Positions 48,509 to 61,379 of a stretch of DNA of 64,000 nt are shown here, one piece after another. Numbering within the stretch: position 1 is the first letter of the stretch; each line of letters starts with the position of its first letter. The notes under the pieces are model-generated. The model worked only from the letters and a program-made list of their open reading frames with translations. It was not told the DNA's origin and ran no database searches. The DNA comes from Anthoceros angustus (taxonomy: Eukaryota > Plantae > Anthocerotophyta), in NCBI GenBank assembly GCA_010909165.1, contig VJWM01000016.1:620001-684000 (forward strand). The letters are read 5' to 3'. The position numbers were made by a program, and so were the translations under genes.

Positions 48509-50595
48509 TAGCTGGGATTCTTGTTTCGTGGTTGGGTTGATTTGGTTTGGTAGCAGTAGCGGTAGCAGTAGCGCAAGTGTCTCCTGCAGGAGGGAGTAGT
48601 AGAGCATTTGGTGCACATGCTGAGCAGCCTGGACCTCCTATGCTTCTTCACAACGCCTACACATGTTCATGCCGCCCTTCAGGTGAGAATCCTAAGCCTT
48701 CCACCATTTTCATGTCTGGTAGTCTGCAATTACTTTTCCACCACTCGAATTTCCTTTGGATGAAGCTCTTAACCAGTCTCTACTGTGTGCCATGATGTTG
48801 CACCTGTAGGGCCGTGCTTTCCTGACGGCAGCCACGAGGGGCTGTCATGATGTTCTAAATTACGTACTCCACGAGGATCGATTGGCCCAGGCGCCCACCA
48901 TTCCGCATGCTGCCCCGGTCAACAGCTGCTGCCACCGCATGTTCGCATATCCTGACAAGCACCATAGCATGTCAGTCTTGGGCGGATGATGAGCTCAGCA
49001 GCTGTTTTGGACTTTCCCGAAATTTATCCGGGCAGACTCTGTAGTCCATGGCCATTGCCTCTACGTCAGTGTACACTTGTAATCCATGTACAGTATGGAC
49101 ATCTCAATCAGTCCCTTTTTGCATCAGTCGACTATTCGCATAGGTCGAGATGGTTTCGGTCGAGGTACTTCGTGGATGTTGGATTCTCCGCTCTCTCCAA
49201 AGTTCCAGCTAACCAGCGTGCCCTGAACAAGAACTGCTATTACAGCAGCCTACTCAAGTAGAGACCTGAATGAAAAGTAGCACAAACTCGGTTCAGGATC
49301 ATCCTGAGCGTTGCATCTACTTGAGAGATCACCAAGTATTACCTAGCCTTGTGACCGGGGGAGTACAGTTCCTGAAGGTCTAGATTAATATTAACAACAT
49401 GTCTGATGACTACTACTTTAAGGTTGAGGGGATTTATACGCCTAGGATGCAGTCTTCCATCTGAGAGGCAACCCTGCGCTTCTCACTAGTATACATGCCA
49501 GCCATGACTGCATGATAATCGTTTTCACACATTGAGAAAAAAAGACTAAATTTAGAAGGGAGCTACTGAAACATGTCCAATTGTATCATGCAGAGGATAA
49601 AATGTGCACTGTTCAGCAAACTCTTCTCTATCGTACGTTCTTATTCTTCTCCCAGATGTATAATAGCGCTCATACAGTAATGCATGATGGAGATGAGCAA
49701 TTTCTCCCATTCTGAGGGGCTACGACGTAGCATGAACTTGTCACTGCTGTTGCTGGGCAGTGCACGGGGGACCATCAACAGTCTGCCATGAGAAGGTTCC
49801 AAACTGGAAGGGTATGAAACGTGACAATCCTGGCCCAATCATGAAACGTCCACAGTTCAGTCGGAATGCCTTTGCTCTGAACAAATGATTCCAGCCGTTT
49901 GCAATTCCCCTATATACGGCAATCCTTTGACCTGCTCAGGAACGATCTAATGTCCTAACATCACCATTGTCCAGGACTCCAGATGGTGCAGCGATCCCCC
50001 ACATGCGTACAGCCATGGACCACATTTTGCAAATCTCAGCGCAGCTAATGAGCATTCCCCCCTACTGCTCTGCACTCCAGATCCAGCAGGTGCTAGATTC
50101 AAAATTTATCATGATTTAGTCCACAATCAGACGTCTGTACGCCTGTCCTCCTGTGTCTGTGCCCAACTCTGGCAGAGGGGCAGCAACTCTGCTGCCGACT
50201 TCGGCTCTGCTCTTGGCGAGTCCTCGAAGGATCACAGTATAGCGCGCGCCCAAGCACTCGACTCTACCTTCGAACTGGAGGCATTGACATCCACGAGCAG
50301 TGCAGGTACGCAGGTCGAGAGGAATTTACATCATTTCAAGCCAGTTCCTGGAGCAATATCCAAAGGCCCTTGTAGGTGCTCACTTGCTCGTCAGCTGGCT
50401 ACAAGCTGAATCGGGCCAATAGTGTTCTGTTTGGGAATCCACTGACGTTTCAACGGCCAGAGACTTCATGCAGAGGATGATGCCACAGAGGTGGTCGACA
50501 GCACAGCAGAGCCTTGCGGCCAATTGGTTTGAGAGGGGAGTTCTAATGTCGGGTCTAGTTGTACAATTTAACGAAACAGAATGCAGGCTGGAGGG

Positions 50596-50928
50596 TTACG
50601 ACGGACGAGATCGTAATTCAGCTTTTGCTGAACCAGGGCCTGCCTGCCTGTTGGCCTTCAGATGCGCAGGGACTGAAGGACTATTTGGCCCACTTCTGAG
50701 CTGTTGCAGCGGTGATCTCTCAGATGCCCCCCTAGTCCAGGATGTCTCAGACTCTGAGAAAGTCATCATCTTGGCTTCCTCCATGCTTTTCATAGCCACT
50801 GGTGGTAAGCGATTCTCTCCTGAAACAGGTCCTTTCTTCCTATCTTGCGTGTTCCCTTCAGCTTCAAGAGGTGCACAGGCAATCTGCTTCAAGCTTTCGA
50901 GCTCTCTTTGCAAACCCCTGTTTTTCCT
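50596..50928 (-). CDS. Probable downstream exon of the giant coiled-coil gene
   Basis: AAACAG acceptor followed by KNRGLQRELESLKQ...; a GTAAGC donor candidate lies near 51230. Confidence 0.45.
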   Translation of the reverse strand, partial: RKNRGLQRELESLKQIACAPLEAEGNTQDRKKGPVSGENRLPPVAMKSMEEAKMMTFSESETSWTRGASERSPLQQLRSGPNSPSVPAHLKANRQAGPGSAKAELRSRPS

Positions 50929-51095
50929 GTTTACAAACAACCGGACCATGGGTCAGCCATATGCTCGGACCCTTACCAGTAACCCAAACAACACAAACAA
51001 CGAAAGAACTGCCTAGTTTCCACAATACCTCTCCATCGCTTCCACTTTTTTTTCAAGGGCAATGTTTTTCCTGTATTGAACAAATCAAAGAAATG

Positions 51096-54000
51096 TCACC
51101 ACATGGCTACTGTTGCAAATGAGGGGGTGTGCACAGGAGAACATGCCACGCAATATCTAGAAGGACTGTGCCAGACATACCTTACAAGTGAGTCGCAGAG
51201 TTCCAAGTGATGACTGAACACTTCAGGGCTTACATTTCTCCCTGTCAAGTCCGTATCGCTTTCAACCTTAGTCCCACCCACGGGCAGCACATGCTGCAAG
51301 TCAGATCTTAGATTCAAAATCTCCTCGCGAAGCTCAGTTATAGTTCGTCTCTGAACACTCATATGCACCACAGCTGTTTCCATATCTGTGACCACAGGTT
51401 CCTCTGCATTCGATATTTGATACCCTCTTTCTTCAGATACTCGCTGGCTCCCACTAGGACCTGCAGTGGCCGGGCAGATGATCTTTTCTGCCTCTGTTTC
51501 GACTGCATCCGACAGACTTTCACTGCTTGAGGACAGATCATCTATTCTCCGCATTTTCTTCCTTATCCGCACAACATTGTGATCATCACCACCTGTCCTG
51601 GCTTCACCATGGACAGCACTTATGTCATTCAAAACCCGCTTATGAGTCACCGCCATCTGCATATGAAGAGAAGTGTTTGTTTTCCGGTTCTGCTCAAGCT
51701 GTTCAAGAACTTGCACGAGCTTGTCTTTTCTTGCCAGATTTTGCTCCCTTCCCTTAGCAACCTCCAGCTGCAACCTTTGATTCACCTCCTCTAGAGACTT
51801 CTCCCGTTCTTTGCTTGCAGCAACTTCACGAAGCAGCTCATCCAAGTCAATCCTTGCTTTCTCCTGACCTTCTTCTGCTCTCGACTCGAACGCCAAAAGC
51901 CTTTCGTTGACAGCCTCCAGTTCCTTTTGTTTCCTCGCAATGGTCTGTTGTGCTTCTTCTACGGACGAGATGAATTGTAGGACCTTCTGCCTGTTTTCCT
52001 TCAAGTCACATTCCGTGTTCCGGAGGAGATCCTGCATTGCCAGCATTTGTTCTTTCGCTTCTGCCGCTTTTCTCTCAGCCGAGCGAAGGCTTGTCGATAA
52101 TGTATCCACCTCCACCTGCTTCTCTAGAAGCAAACCTTGTACTGCCTGCAGAGATGACACTTGAGCATCGGCCTTTCCCGTCTCCTGTACTATCCGAGAG
52201 TTGGCCTTCGCTAGCAACTCCTGTACACTGAAGAGCCTTGTGTGCGTCTCCGCCACTTCTCCCTGGGCTTCTAATAGCTTTTTTGTTACCAACGAATTCC
52301 TCCCCGTCTGCTCTGCTAGCTCATTCATAGTTTCAATCAGAGCCAGTTGCATGGCATGGAGTTTCTCATGGGACTCGGTCGCTCCTGACTCAACATCTGA
52401 AGACTTCAGCAGGAGGAACGCAGCCTTCTCTGTCGCTTCGTTCACCTCGTTCTCTGCCTTACGCAACAACTCCTGCAATGCAAGGACTTGCTGGCAAGCA
52501 TCACCCCTATCCTGCTCAGCACGTGCCAGTTTTTCAGAAAGCACAGAAACCTTCCCTGTCTCTTCCTTCAGCTGAGAATCAGCATTTCGACTCTTCTCCT
52601 CCAGTTCTATCACTAGGGCTTCAAGCTCTCCTACCTTGCGCTGAAAGGTCTGATCCCGCTCCACCAACCGGTTATTAATCTCTCTGAGAGCTTCATCCGT
52701 TTCAACAACCGATTTTTGTAATGTCGAAACAAGCGCCTTTGCCTTCTCCAACTCATCCTGCAGAGCCAGCAGCTCACCTACTCGATCTTCCATCACCAAC
52801 ATCTGTTGACTAACTTCGTCCCGATCCTGGTTAGCAATTGACAACTTCTGCAAGAGTATTTTTACTTGTGCTTTCTCTTCCTTCAACTCCCCATCAACCT
52901 TTCGGACGGTTCCCCGCAAATCCTCGGCCATGGACTCCATCTTTTCTCTCTTCCCCTCGAATATCTGCTCGAGCTGCATTAGCCTGCTCTGAAGGTCTTT
53001 GAGCTGCTCTGCGGCTGAGGCGGCCTCCTGCTTTGCAGCTTCTAGATCATCACATAAGCGCTCCATCTCCCGTTCTTTCTGGGCGTAAGCACTCTCTCCA
53101 TCTGCCAGCTGCACCCTCAAGCTTGAAATTGCCCCTTCCATCGCTTCCTGCACTTCGGCCTTTAGTTTCAGCTTCTGTTCAAATTCAGCCAAAATGGCAT
53201 CCTTCTCCTCCACAGCAGCTTCAAGAACATCAACGCGACTGTCCAGTTCAGATTCTCTCCTCTGCCAACCAGCTGATTCCTTGTGAAGCTTGTGCATTTT
53301 TTGTGATAGGTCGTCAACCTCTGCTTTCCTGTGAGTATTTTTTGCAATCTGCTCTTGAAGAAAGCATTCCAGTTCAATCATCTCTCCCTCTTTGCTTCTC
53401 AACTGCATTGCCAATTCCTCAAGCTGCTGCTGCAGGTTAGCTTCCTTTTTATCTCTCTGCAGCAAGGTGCTCTTTGCTTTGGATATTTCACTAGCTAAAT
53501 GCTGCACCGTCCACTCTGAAGCAGCCAAACTGTCTTCCTTGTCCCTAACCTGCTGATCAGCTTCCTCCAGTTTCTCCTGCAGATCTCGGATCTCCACTTC
53601 AGCTTCTCTCAACCGTGCACTCACTCGGTCTCCATTTTCAATTTTCACAAGGAGATCTTGCACCTGCACTTCTTTCAACGCCGCCTTCGTTTCTGCAGCA
53701 TCAAAATTTTGGCGAAGCAGCTCCATGCTCGCTCTGCTGCTGTCTGATTCCTCAACGGCGGCGGTCAGTTTCGCCTGCAAATTTTGCACTGAGAACTCAG
53801 CCATGTCTTTTGCAGCCAGCAACTGCCTGTTTTCGTTTCCCATCTGATTCAACTCGGCTTCTCTGTTCTCCAGATCCCGCAGCAAAGTAGCTCTCTCAAT
53901 CGAAACCGTATCAAGCTGAGAAGCAGTTTCGACGAGCTGCCGGTTGACAGCACCGAGATTCTGCTCCCAGGCCCGCGAAAGCCGATCCTGCTCCGAGGTC

Positions 54001-57000
54001 AAGCAGCGAATTTCCTCTGCCAATTTGGCTACTTCTTCCCCAAGGCCATCCCGGCAGGTCGTGGCCTCCTGAAGCTCACCTGCAGTTTCCTCGAGTTTCC
54101 TCTTCACATTTTCCAACTGCTGATCAGCCAAGCCTCCTCTTTCTTCTTGTTCTCGCAGTTGTTCCTCCAGTTGGGCATTGAGTTCAGATAATTGACGTGA
54201 TGCTGTGTCCCTTTCCTCCATCTCTGACCTGCTTCTCTCCGCATCATCGAGAAGTCTACTTAATCTAATCTGTAGAGATTCTACAATGGATGCCAGGGAT
54301 TCTTTCGCCGACAGTAGCTGCGTATTCTGCTGCTTTAACTCATCCACTTCCAGTTCTTTGATTTCCAGGTCCCTCAGCAGCGCATCCTTCTCCTGAAGAA
54401 GGGAATCCAGCGCTTTTGCTCCTTCGCCGGCTCTTTGCTGGAAGCTAGAGACTCTGTGTTCCCAGGCTTGCCACTGCTTCTCCTCCTCCATCTTCATAAG
54501 ATGAATGCTCTCCCGCAACGTCTCAACCTCGGAGAGAAGCTCATCTCGATACGAAACAGTAGTTTGCAGTTCTACGGCAGTTTCCTCAAGCTTAACCTTC
54601 AGGTCTTGAATTTTCTGCTCGGCTAAGCATTGCCGTTCTCCTTGCTGTTTCAAGCGGTTATCCAGATCACGGTTCTCTTCAGTTAACCTGTCTGCCTCCC
54701 TGCCGCCGTCGACAAGTTCCACCTTCATTCTCTCTGATTCTTCGACTAACCGTTCAAGCTTAGACTGCAAAGAAATCACTAAAGACTCTGCCGTTTCTTT
54801 TGAAGCCGTCAATCTCCTGTTCTCATCGGCCATCCTCAGCAATTCGGTCTCCTTACTTTCGAGGTCTCCCAATATTGCACCTCTTTCAGTCCGAAGCTGA
54901 TGAGTGGTTTCCTCAAGCTTCACCTTCAGGTCTTGAATTATCTGATCGGCTAGGCATTGCCGTTCTCCTTGCTGTGCTAGGCGATTATCAAGATCACGTT
55001 TCTCTTCAGTCAACCTGTCTGTCTCCCTGCCCCTTTCCTCAAGTTCCACCTTCATTCTCTCTGATTCTTCGACTAACCGTTCAAGCTTAGACTGCAAAGA
55101 AATCACTAAAGACTCTGCCGTTTCTTTTGAAGCCGTCAATCTCCTGTTCTCATCGGCCATCCTCAGCAATTCGGTCTCCTTACTTTCGAGGTCTCCCAAT
55201 ATTGCACCTCTTTCAGTCCGAAGCTGATGAGTGGTTTCCTCAAGCTTCACCTTCAGGTCCTGAATTATCTGATCGGCTAGGCATTGCCGTTCTCCTTGCT
55301 GTGCTAGGCGATTATCAAGATCACGTTTCTCTTCAGTCAACCTGTCTGTCTCCCTGCCCCTTTCCTCAAGTTCTGCCTTCATTCTCTCTGATTCTTCGAC
55401 TAGCCGTTCAAGCTTAGACTGCAAAGAAATCACTAAAGACTCTGCCGTTTCTTTTGAAGCCGTCAATCTCCTGTTCTCATCGGCCATCCTCAGCAATTCG
55501 GTCTCCTTGCTTTCGAGGTCTCCCAATATTGCACCTCTTTCAGTCCGAAGCTGATGAGTGGTTTCCTCAAGCTTCACCTTCAGGTCCTGAATTACCTGAT
55601 CGGCTGGGCATTGCCGTTCTCCTTGCTGTGCTAGGCGATTATCAAGATCACGTTTCTCTTCAGTCAACCTGTCTGTCTCCCTGCCCCTTTCCTCAAGTTC
55701 TGCCTTCATTCTCTGCTTCTTCGACTAATCGTTCAAGCTTAGACTGCAAAGAAATCACTAAAGACTCTGCCGTTTCTTTTGAAGCCGTCAATCTCCTGTT
55801 CTCATCGGCCATCCTCAGCAATTCGGTCTCCTTACTTTCGAGGTCTCCCAATATTGCACCTCTTTCAGTCTGAAGCTGATGAGTGGTTTCCTCAAGCTTC
55901 ACTTTCAGATCCTGAATTATTTGATCGGCTAGGCATTGCCGTTCTCCTTGCTGTGCTAGGCGATTATCAAGATCACGTTTCTCTTCAGTCAACCTGTCTG
56001 TCTCCCTGCCCCTTTCCTCAAGTTCTGCCTTCATTCTCGCTGATTCTTCGACTAGCCGTTCAAGCTTAGACTGCAAAGAAATCACTAAAGACTCTGCCGT
56101 TTCTTTTGAAGCCGTCAATCTCCTGTTCTCATCGGCCATCCTCAGCAATTCGGTCTCCTTACTTTCGAGGTCTCCCAATATTGCACCTCTTTCAGTCCGA
56201 AGCTGATGAGTGGTTTCCTCAAGCTTCACCTTCAGGTCCTGAATTACCTGATCGGCTAGGCATTGCCGTTCTCCTTGCTGTGCTAGGCGATTATCAAGAT
56301 CACGTTTCTCTTCAGTCAACCTGTCTGTCTCCCTGCCCCTTTCCTCAAGTTCTGCCTTCATTCTCTCTGCTTCTTCGACTAATCGTTCAAGCTTAGACTG
56401 CAAAGAAATCACTAAAGACTCTGCCGTTTCTTTTGAAGCCGTCAATCTCCTGTTCTCATCGGCCATCCTCAGCAATTCGGTCTCCTTACTTTCGAGGTCT
56501 CCCAATATTGCACCTCTTTCAGTCTGAAGCTGATGAGTGGTTTCCTCAAGCTTCACTTTCAGATCCTGAATTATTTGATCGGCTAGGCATTGCCGTTCTC
56601 CTTGCTGTGCTAGGCGATTATCAAGATCACGTTTCTCTTCAGTCAACCTGTCTGTCTCCCTGCCCCTTTCCTCAAGTTCTGCCTTCATTCTCGCTGCTTC
56701 TGCAGCTGATTGTTCAAGCTTGGACTGCAACGACTCCACAGAAAACTCAGCCATCTCTTTCACCGCCGTCAATCGCTTGATCTCATCCGCCATCCTTAGC
56801 AGTTCGGTCCCTCTACTTTCAAGGTCTCCCAGCATTGCACCCCGTTCGGTCTGGAGTTGCTTGGCGTTTTCCTCAAGCTTCATCGTCAGGTCCTGAATCC
56901 TCTGCTCGGCTAAGCATTGACGCTCGCCTTGCTGTGTCAAGCGGTCATCCAAATCACCCTTTTCTCGAGTCAACCTATTCATCTCCCTTCCCCGCTCCTC

Positions 57001-58854
57001 AAGTCCTGCCTTCATTTTCTCTGCTTCTACAGCTTGCTGCTCCAGCTCAGCCTTCAAAGACTTCACTGCAAACCCAGCCAGTTCATTTGCAGCCGCCATT
57101 CGCTTGTTCTCATCCGCCAATCTCAGCACTTCAGCCTCCTTACTCTCAAGATCTGCCAACATCGTATCTCGTTCTGTCTGAATCGACTGAAGGCGAGTTG
57201 AATTCTCCTTCAGCCGTTGTTCAAGTTGAGACAGCCTCTCATTCCAAGACTCCGACAGCCGCTTGTGTTCCGACGTCAACGTACTCTCCTGTTCGCGAAG
57301 TTGTTGGACCTCTGCCTCAAGGTCATCCCTGCCACCGATGGCTGTCCGCAACGCCTCCGTGGTTTCCTCCAGGGACGCCGTCAAAGAATTCAGACGCTGC
57401 TCCGCAACGGCCCCCCGTTGCGCAAACTCTTTGAGCTGCGTTTCTTGCTCGGCAATCCGCTCCGTCAGCTTACCAATCATTCTATCCTTTCCTTCCATCT
57501 CCGACCTGGTGCTATCTGTTTCTTGAACAAGTCGAGCCAACTTAGCCTGCAATGCCTGCATAGAACAATCAACCCCATCCTTCGAAGCCATCAGACGTCT
57601 ATTTTCCTCCTTCAGCCCGTTCATCTCAGCCTCCCTCGTTTCCAAGTCCTTCCATAGCGCAGTTCTCTCCTTGTTAAGCGAATCAATCTGGCTCGAACGT
57701 TCCTCAACCTTCGCCTCAAGCACAGAAACCGTCTGTTTCCACGCTTGCGCTTTCTTCAATTGCTGCTTCACGCTATACACTTCTTCCTGCAACCTATCTA
57801 CATCAGCAACAAGAACATCCCTAGCGACATTGGCCGCCTCCAACTCACCTGTAGCTTCTTCAACCTTCCTACTCATAACAAGCACCTGCTGCTCAGCGAC
57901 GGACTCACGGTGCCCTTGCTCCCGCACCTGCCCCGCCATTTCAGACTTCTGTTCAGCAGACCAGCGAGCTCTCTCCCTTTCCTCCATCTCCGACCTGCTC
58001 CTCTCCGCCTCATCAGTCAGCCGCGCCACCTTAGCCTGCAAAGCCTTCACCGCACCCTCACACATCTCTTTGGCCGCCAGAAGTCTCTTGTTCTCGTCCT
58101 TCATCCCCTGCACCTCAACATCCCGGCCTTCCAACAAACTCCACAGCTCACTCCTCTCCCTCCTTAACGCATCCACCTCCACCGCACCTTGTTCAACCTT
58201 CCGCTGCAGACTGGCAACCCTCCCTTCCCATCCCTGCGCTCTCTGCCTCTCCTTCAAACCATCCACCTCCTCTCGCAACCTCTCCACCTCCGACGCAAGG
58301 CCATCCCGAGCATCCACAGCCGCGCGCAACTCCCCGGCACTCTCCTCCAACTTCCTCTTCCACCCGAGCACCCCCTGCTCCGCATTAGCATCCCGTTCCG
58401 CCAGCTCCCTCACCCGCCTCTCCAAGCCTTCATTCCGCTCACTCAGCACCTCCGCCTCCCTCTCCTTCCCCGCAATCACGGCTTCCTTCACCTCCAATTC
58501 CTCCACCAGCTTCGCCACCTTCCCTTGCAACGTCTCCACAGTGAATGCAAACCTCTCCTTCCCTGCATTCAAGCCTTCATTCTCCTGCTTGGCAACAACC
58601 AACGCAGCCTCCCTGCTCTCCAAGTCCCTCAACATAGCCATCCTCTCCACTCTGGAAGCATCCAACTCTCCCGCGCCCGCGCTAAGCTGCCCCTGCAGCG
58701 CAGACACGGTCTGCCCCAAGCTCCTGATCTTCTGCTCGTACGCCATCCTCACCTCCAGCATCCTCTCCTCCACATCCTTCCCCCCCTTGACAACGCCGCC
58801 GCCCCCGAGGCCATCCTCCAATTCCTCCATCCCCATTCCCTTCCCCAAACCCAC
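51096..58854 (-). CDS. Giant coiled-coil repeat protein, about 2,590 aa in one exon-like stretch, split by a 2-bp deletion at ~55706-55716
   Basis: The 1053-aa and 1537-aa ORFs join if one CT is restored in a (CT)n run as in sibling repeats; the repeat period is 325 bp here versus 327 bp elsewhere. E/L/K/R/Q-rich with almost no Pro. Confidence 0.88.
54873..57159 (-). repeat. Seven 327-bp (109-aa) coding tandem units
   Basis: LGDLE anchors recur every 327 bp (one interval of 325). Confidence 0.95.
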
Positions 58855-59238
58855 TCACATTCCTTGCTCCTTCCCCTCCATTCCAGCGTCTCACGCAGAC
58901 TTCTCGGCCGCGGCCCTCGCGTCTTCCAAGCTTTTCAAAACTCGCCCACAGGACCCCTCCCGCTCCCCAGCCCCCGGCCGTAACGGACACTTTTAACAGA
59001 GCTTTGAATTCCCGCACACCGTGTCAATGCACCGCACGTAGGCGTGTACGTACATTGACAGGTATGTATATTTGTAGATACATATGACAAGAATTGGAGA
59101 CTTCATTAAAAAGAAGAGATGGGAAACCTAACCTATCTACCTCAAACCCAAGGGGCAACCCACTAAAAGGCCAAGAGCTAGGGCTAGCCCTCACAAATGC
59201 CAACTCCAAAGTTAAATACCACCCCAATTATGTCAGTG

Positions 59239-59507
59239 GTTCGAGATCAGGAAAGGTCTACCTACAATTGGTGCCAATCACGTCACGTTTCATACGCTCG
59301 TTGCCGCCTTATAAATAGTGTTGGCCAGTTCGAGATCAGGAAAGGTCTACCTACAATTGGTGCCAATCACGTCACGTTTCATACGCTCGTTGCCGCCTTA
59401 TAAATAGTGTTGGCCAGTTCGAGATCAGGAAAGGTCTACCTACAATTGGTGCCAATCACGTCACGTCTCATACGCTCGTTGCCGCCTTATAAATAGTGTT
59501 GGCCAGT
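59239..59507 (+). promoter_or_regulatory. 89-bp unit x3, each with CCAAT, ACGTCACG and TATAAATA; likely triplicated LTR-type promoter
   Basis: Units start at 59239, 59328 and 59417, upstream of a plus-strand gag. Confidence 0.75.
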
Positions 59508-59596
59508 CCCTCTGCAGGGCGATGGATACCCGATGTCGAAAGAAAGCCACCACCGAGAAAGAGGGAGATAACTAGTTGACTATTGAACTACAGCGA

Positions 59597-59662
59597 GGCA
59601 TGTTATTATCAACTATTTGGCATGTTATTATCAACTATCGAGTTGATAATAACATGCCAAAT
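59597..59662. repeat. Perfect 22-bp hairpin (59615-59636 / 59641-59662, loop ATCG) plus an upstream direct copy of the arm
   Basis: GGCATGTTATTATCAACT occurs twice direct and once inverted. Confidence 0.92.
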
Positions 59663-59728
59663 TAGCTGCCCTAGATTGCCGTAGATGAACTTTGTCCTAG
59701 TTCTAACCATTTTAATGGTGCTTTTCTT

Positions 59729-60106
59729 ATGCTTTTTGACCCCGCTGATGATAGTGATGGTACTCAAGCATCAAGTACTTTGTTTGGAAGTTTATTTGAT
59801 ACTCAAGAGGCAGAAACTCATGTTGAAGAGTATTCCATATGGGATTTTTCTCCTCAAGCCATACAATTTAGATTAAATATAATGTGGGCACATTCTCATT
59901 CCCCTCCTATTCCTTTTACTCCTGTTAAGATAGAATTTAAGGATAGAGATAGATTTAATGGGTCCGATTACACCATATGGGCAATGAGAGTGTCGCAGAT
60001 TTTAGAAGAAAACGAATTCATTGGGGTTGTAGATGGGTCTGAACCTGCTCCTGCTACAAGAGCCGCCCCTGATGTCGTTTTGGATTGGCTACGGAAGGAC
60101 AAGTGA
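59729..60106 (+). pseudogene. Truncated copia gag N-terminus
   Basis: DRFNGSDYTIWAMRVSQILEENEFIGVVDGSEPAP. Confidence 0.8.
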
Positions 60107-61330
60107 TCCAAATATACGCAAGTGCCCTATGCAGGGCTTGTGTCCTATCCATCTCTCATAAGGAGTAGTCAAACCAAGCTCCATAGAAGGTAGTCGGTTG
60201 AGAACATAGTTAGCAACCATCAATGCCTCAGCCCAATATCCACGAGAGAGACTAGCAAAAGTGAGAGATGCCAAAGTAGCCTCCTGGAGTGTCCGGTTTT
60301 CCTCTCGGCAAGAGTTAGGCGGGAGTATACGCACGGTAAGCTGGTGATGGATCCCTTCCGAAGAGCAAAATTCACGAAAGCATTGTTGATGTACTCGCCA
60401 CCATTGTCATCACAGAAAATTTTAACCTTGTGACCTGTCTGCCGGGTTGCAAAATGCACATAGGTTTGAAAACACAGAAGAGCCTCGCTTTTATGTCTTA
60501 ACACATAAACAATACAATAGCGGCTCTATTCATCTATGAATGTAATAAGATAAACAGCTCCTCCAAATGAACTGGTGAACATAGTACCACAAATGTCACT
60601 ATGAATAGTATCCAAAAGGGCAAAGGCCCTTGTTGAGTGGAGATCCGTATATGGCTTAGAAAATGCTTTACTGAGTTAACAGGAGTTACAGAATGGGTGA
60701 CCAAAAGGGAGATAGGTAAGTGGATCTCTAAAACTATCACCCTTTGTTAGAGATGTTAGACGTTGAAAATTGACGTGGGCAAGACGACAATGCCAGAGTT
60801 GCATTGAAGCTTGTCTTTGAATGGCATTAACAAACTCAGTGGGCTGAGGTTGCACTATCGATTTGACATCTAATAAATACAAATCATGAAAAGGGGTGCC
60901 TATGAAAAGGTCCTAACTTGATGGAACATGCATTACAGTGCAACCAGATTGATCAAAGCAGACTCGGCAAGAGTGTTCTTGTGACAACTTAATCACTGAC
61001 ATCAAATTTTTGGTCATAGAAGGGACAAATAAAACACCAGAAAGTGTAAGTGAAGACTTGTCTGGGAGCTGTATGACCACTGAGCCCAAGCCTTTGATGG
61101 AAAGCCCACTGTCATCACCCAAAAGCACAAACTGATCGGCATCATATGTGGGTGAGAAAGTTTTAAATGAGTGTCTGTCAAAACAAATATGACTAGTGGC
61201 TCCTGAATCTAAAAACCAAGTTTCTACTTGAGAATGGACAGATGAAAGACAAATAGCTATGAGTGTGGGTGACTTAAACAGTGTCTAGGGAAAAACGGCT
61301 TAGACCACAAAGCCCTTTAAGGCTATGGGG
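60107..61330 (-). pseudogene. Degenerate copia pol (zinc knuckle, protease, GAG-pre-integrase, integrase), opposite orientation
   Basis: WFLDSGATSHIC; GVLFVPSMTKNLMSV; LWHCRLAHVN; CDDNGGEY; YWAEALMVANYVLNRLP. Confidence 0.88.
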
Positions 61331-61379
61331 GATACACTTTGCGCACCCTCCCCAAAGGTGACATTATGCCCATCTTAAG

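Noticed and set aside
55693-55716. Programmed ribosomal frameshift joining the two coiled-coil ORFs
   Set aside because: Sibling units have one more CT in a (CT)n run and the period is 325 versus 327 bp, so a simple 2-bp deletion (probably an error) explains it.
58855-58893. Two in-frame TGA codons upstream of the giant ORF as readthrough or RNA editing
   Set aside because: Both overlap splice-donor-like GTGAGT and GTGAGA sequences; an intron or CGA-to-TGA decay is simpler.
57671-58996. 441-aa plus-strand ORF and the repeated MKPSISCSHRP ORFs
   Set aside because: Antisense shadows of the coiled-coil gene.
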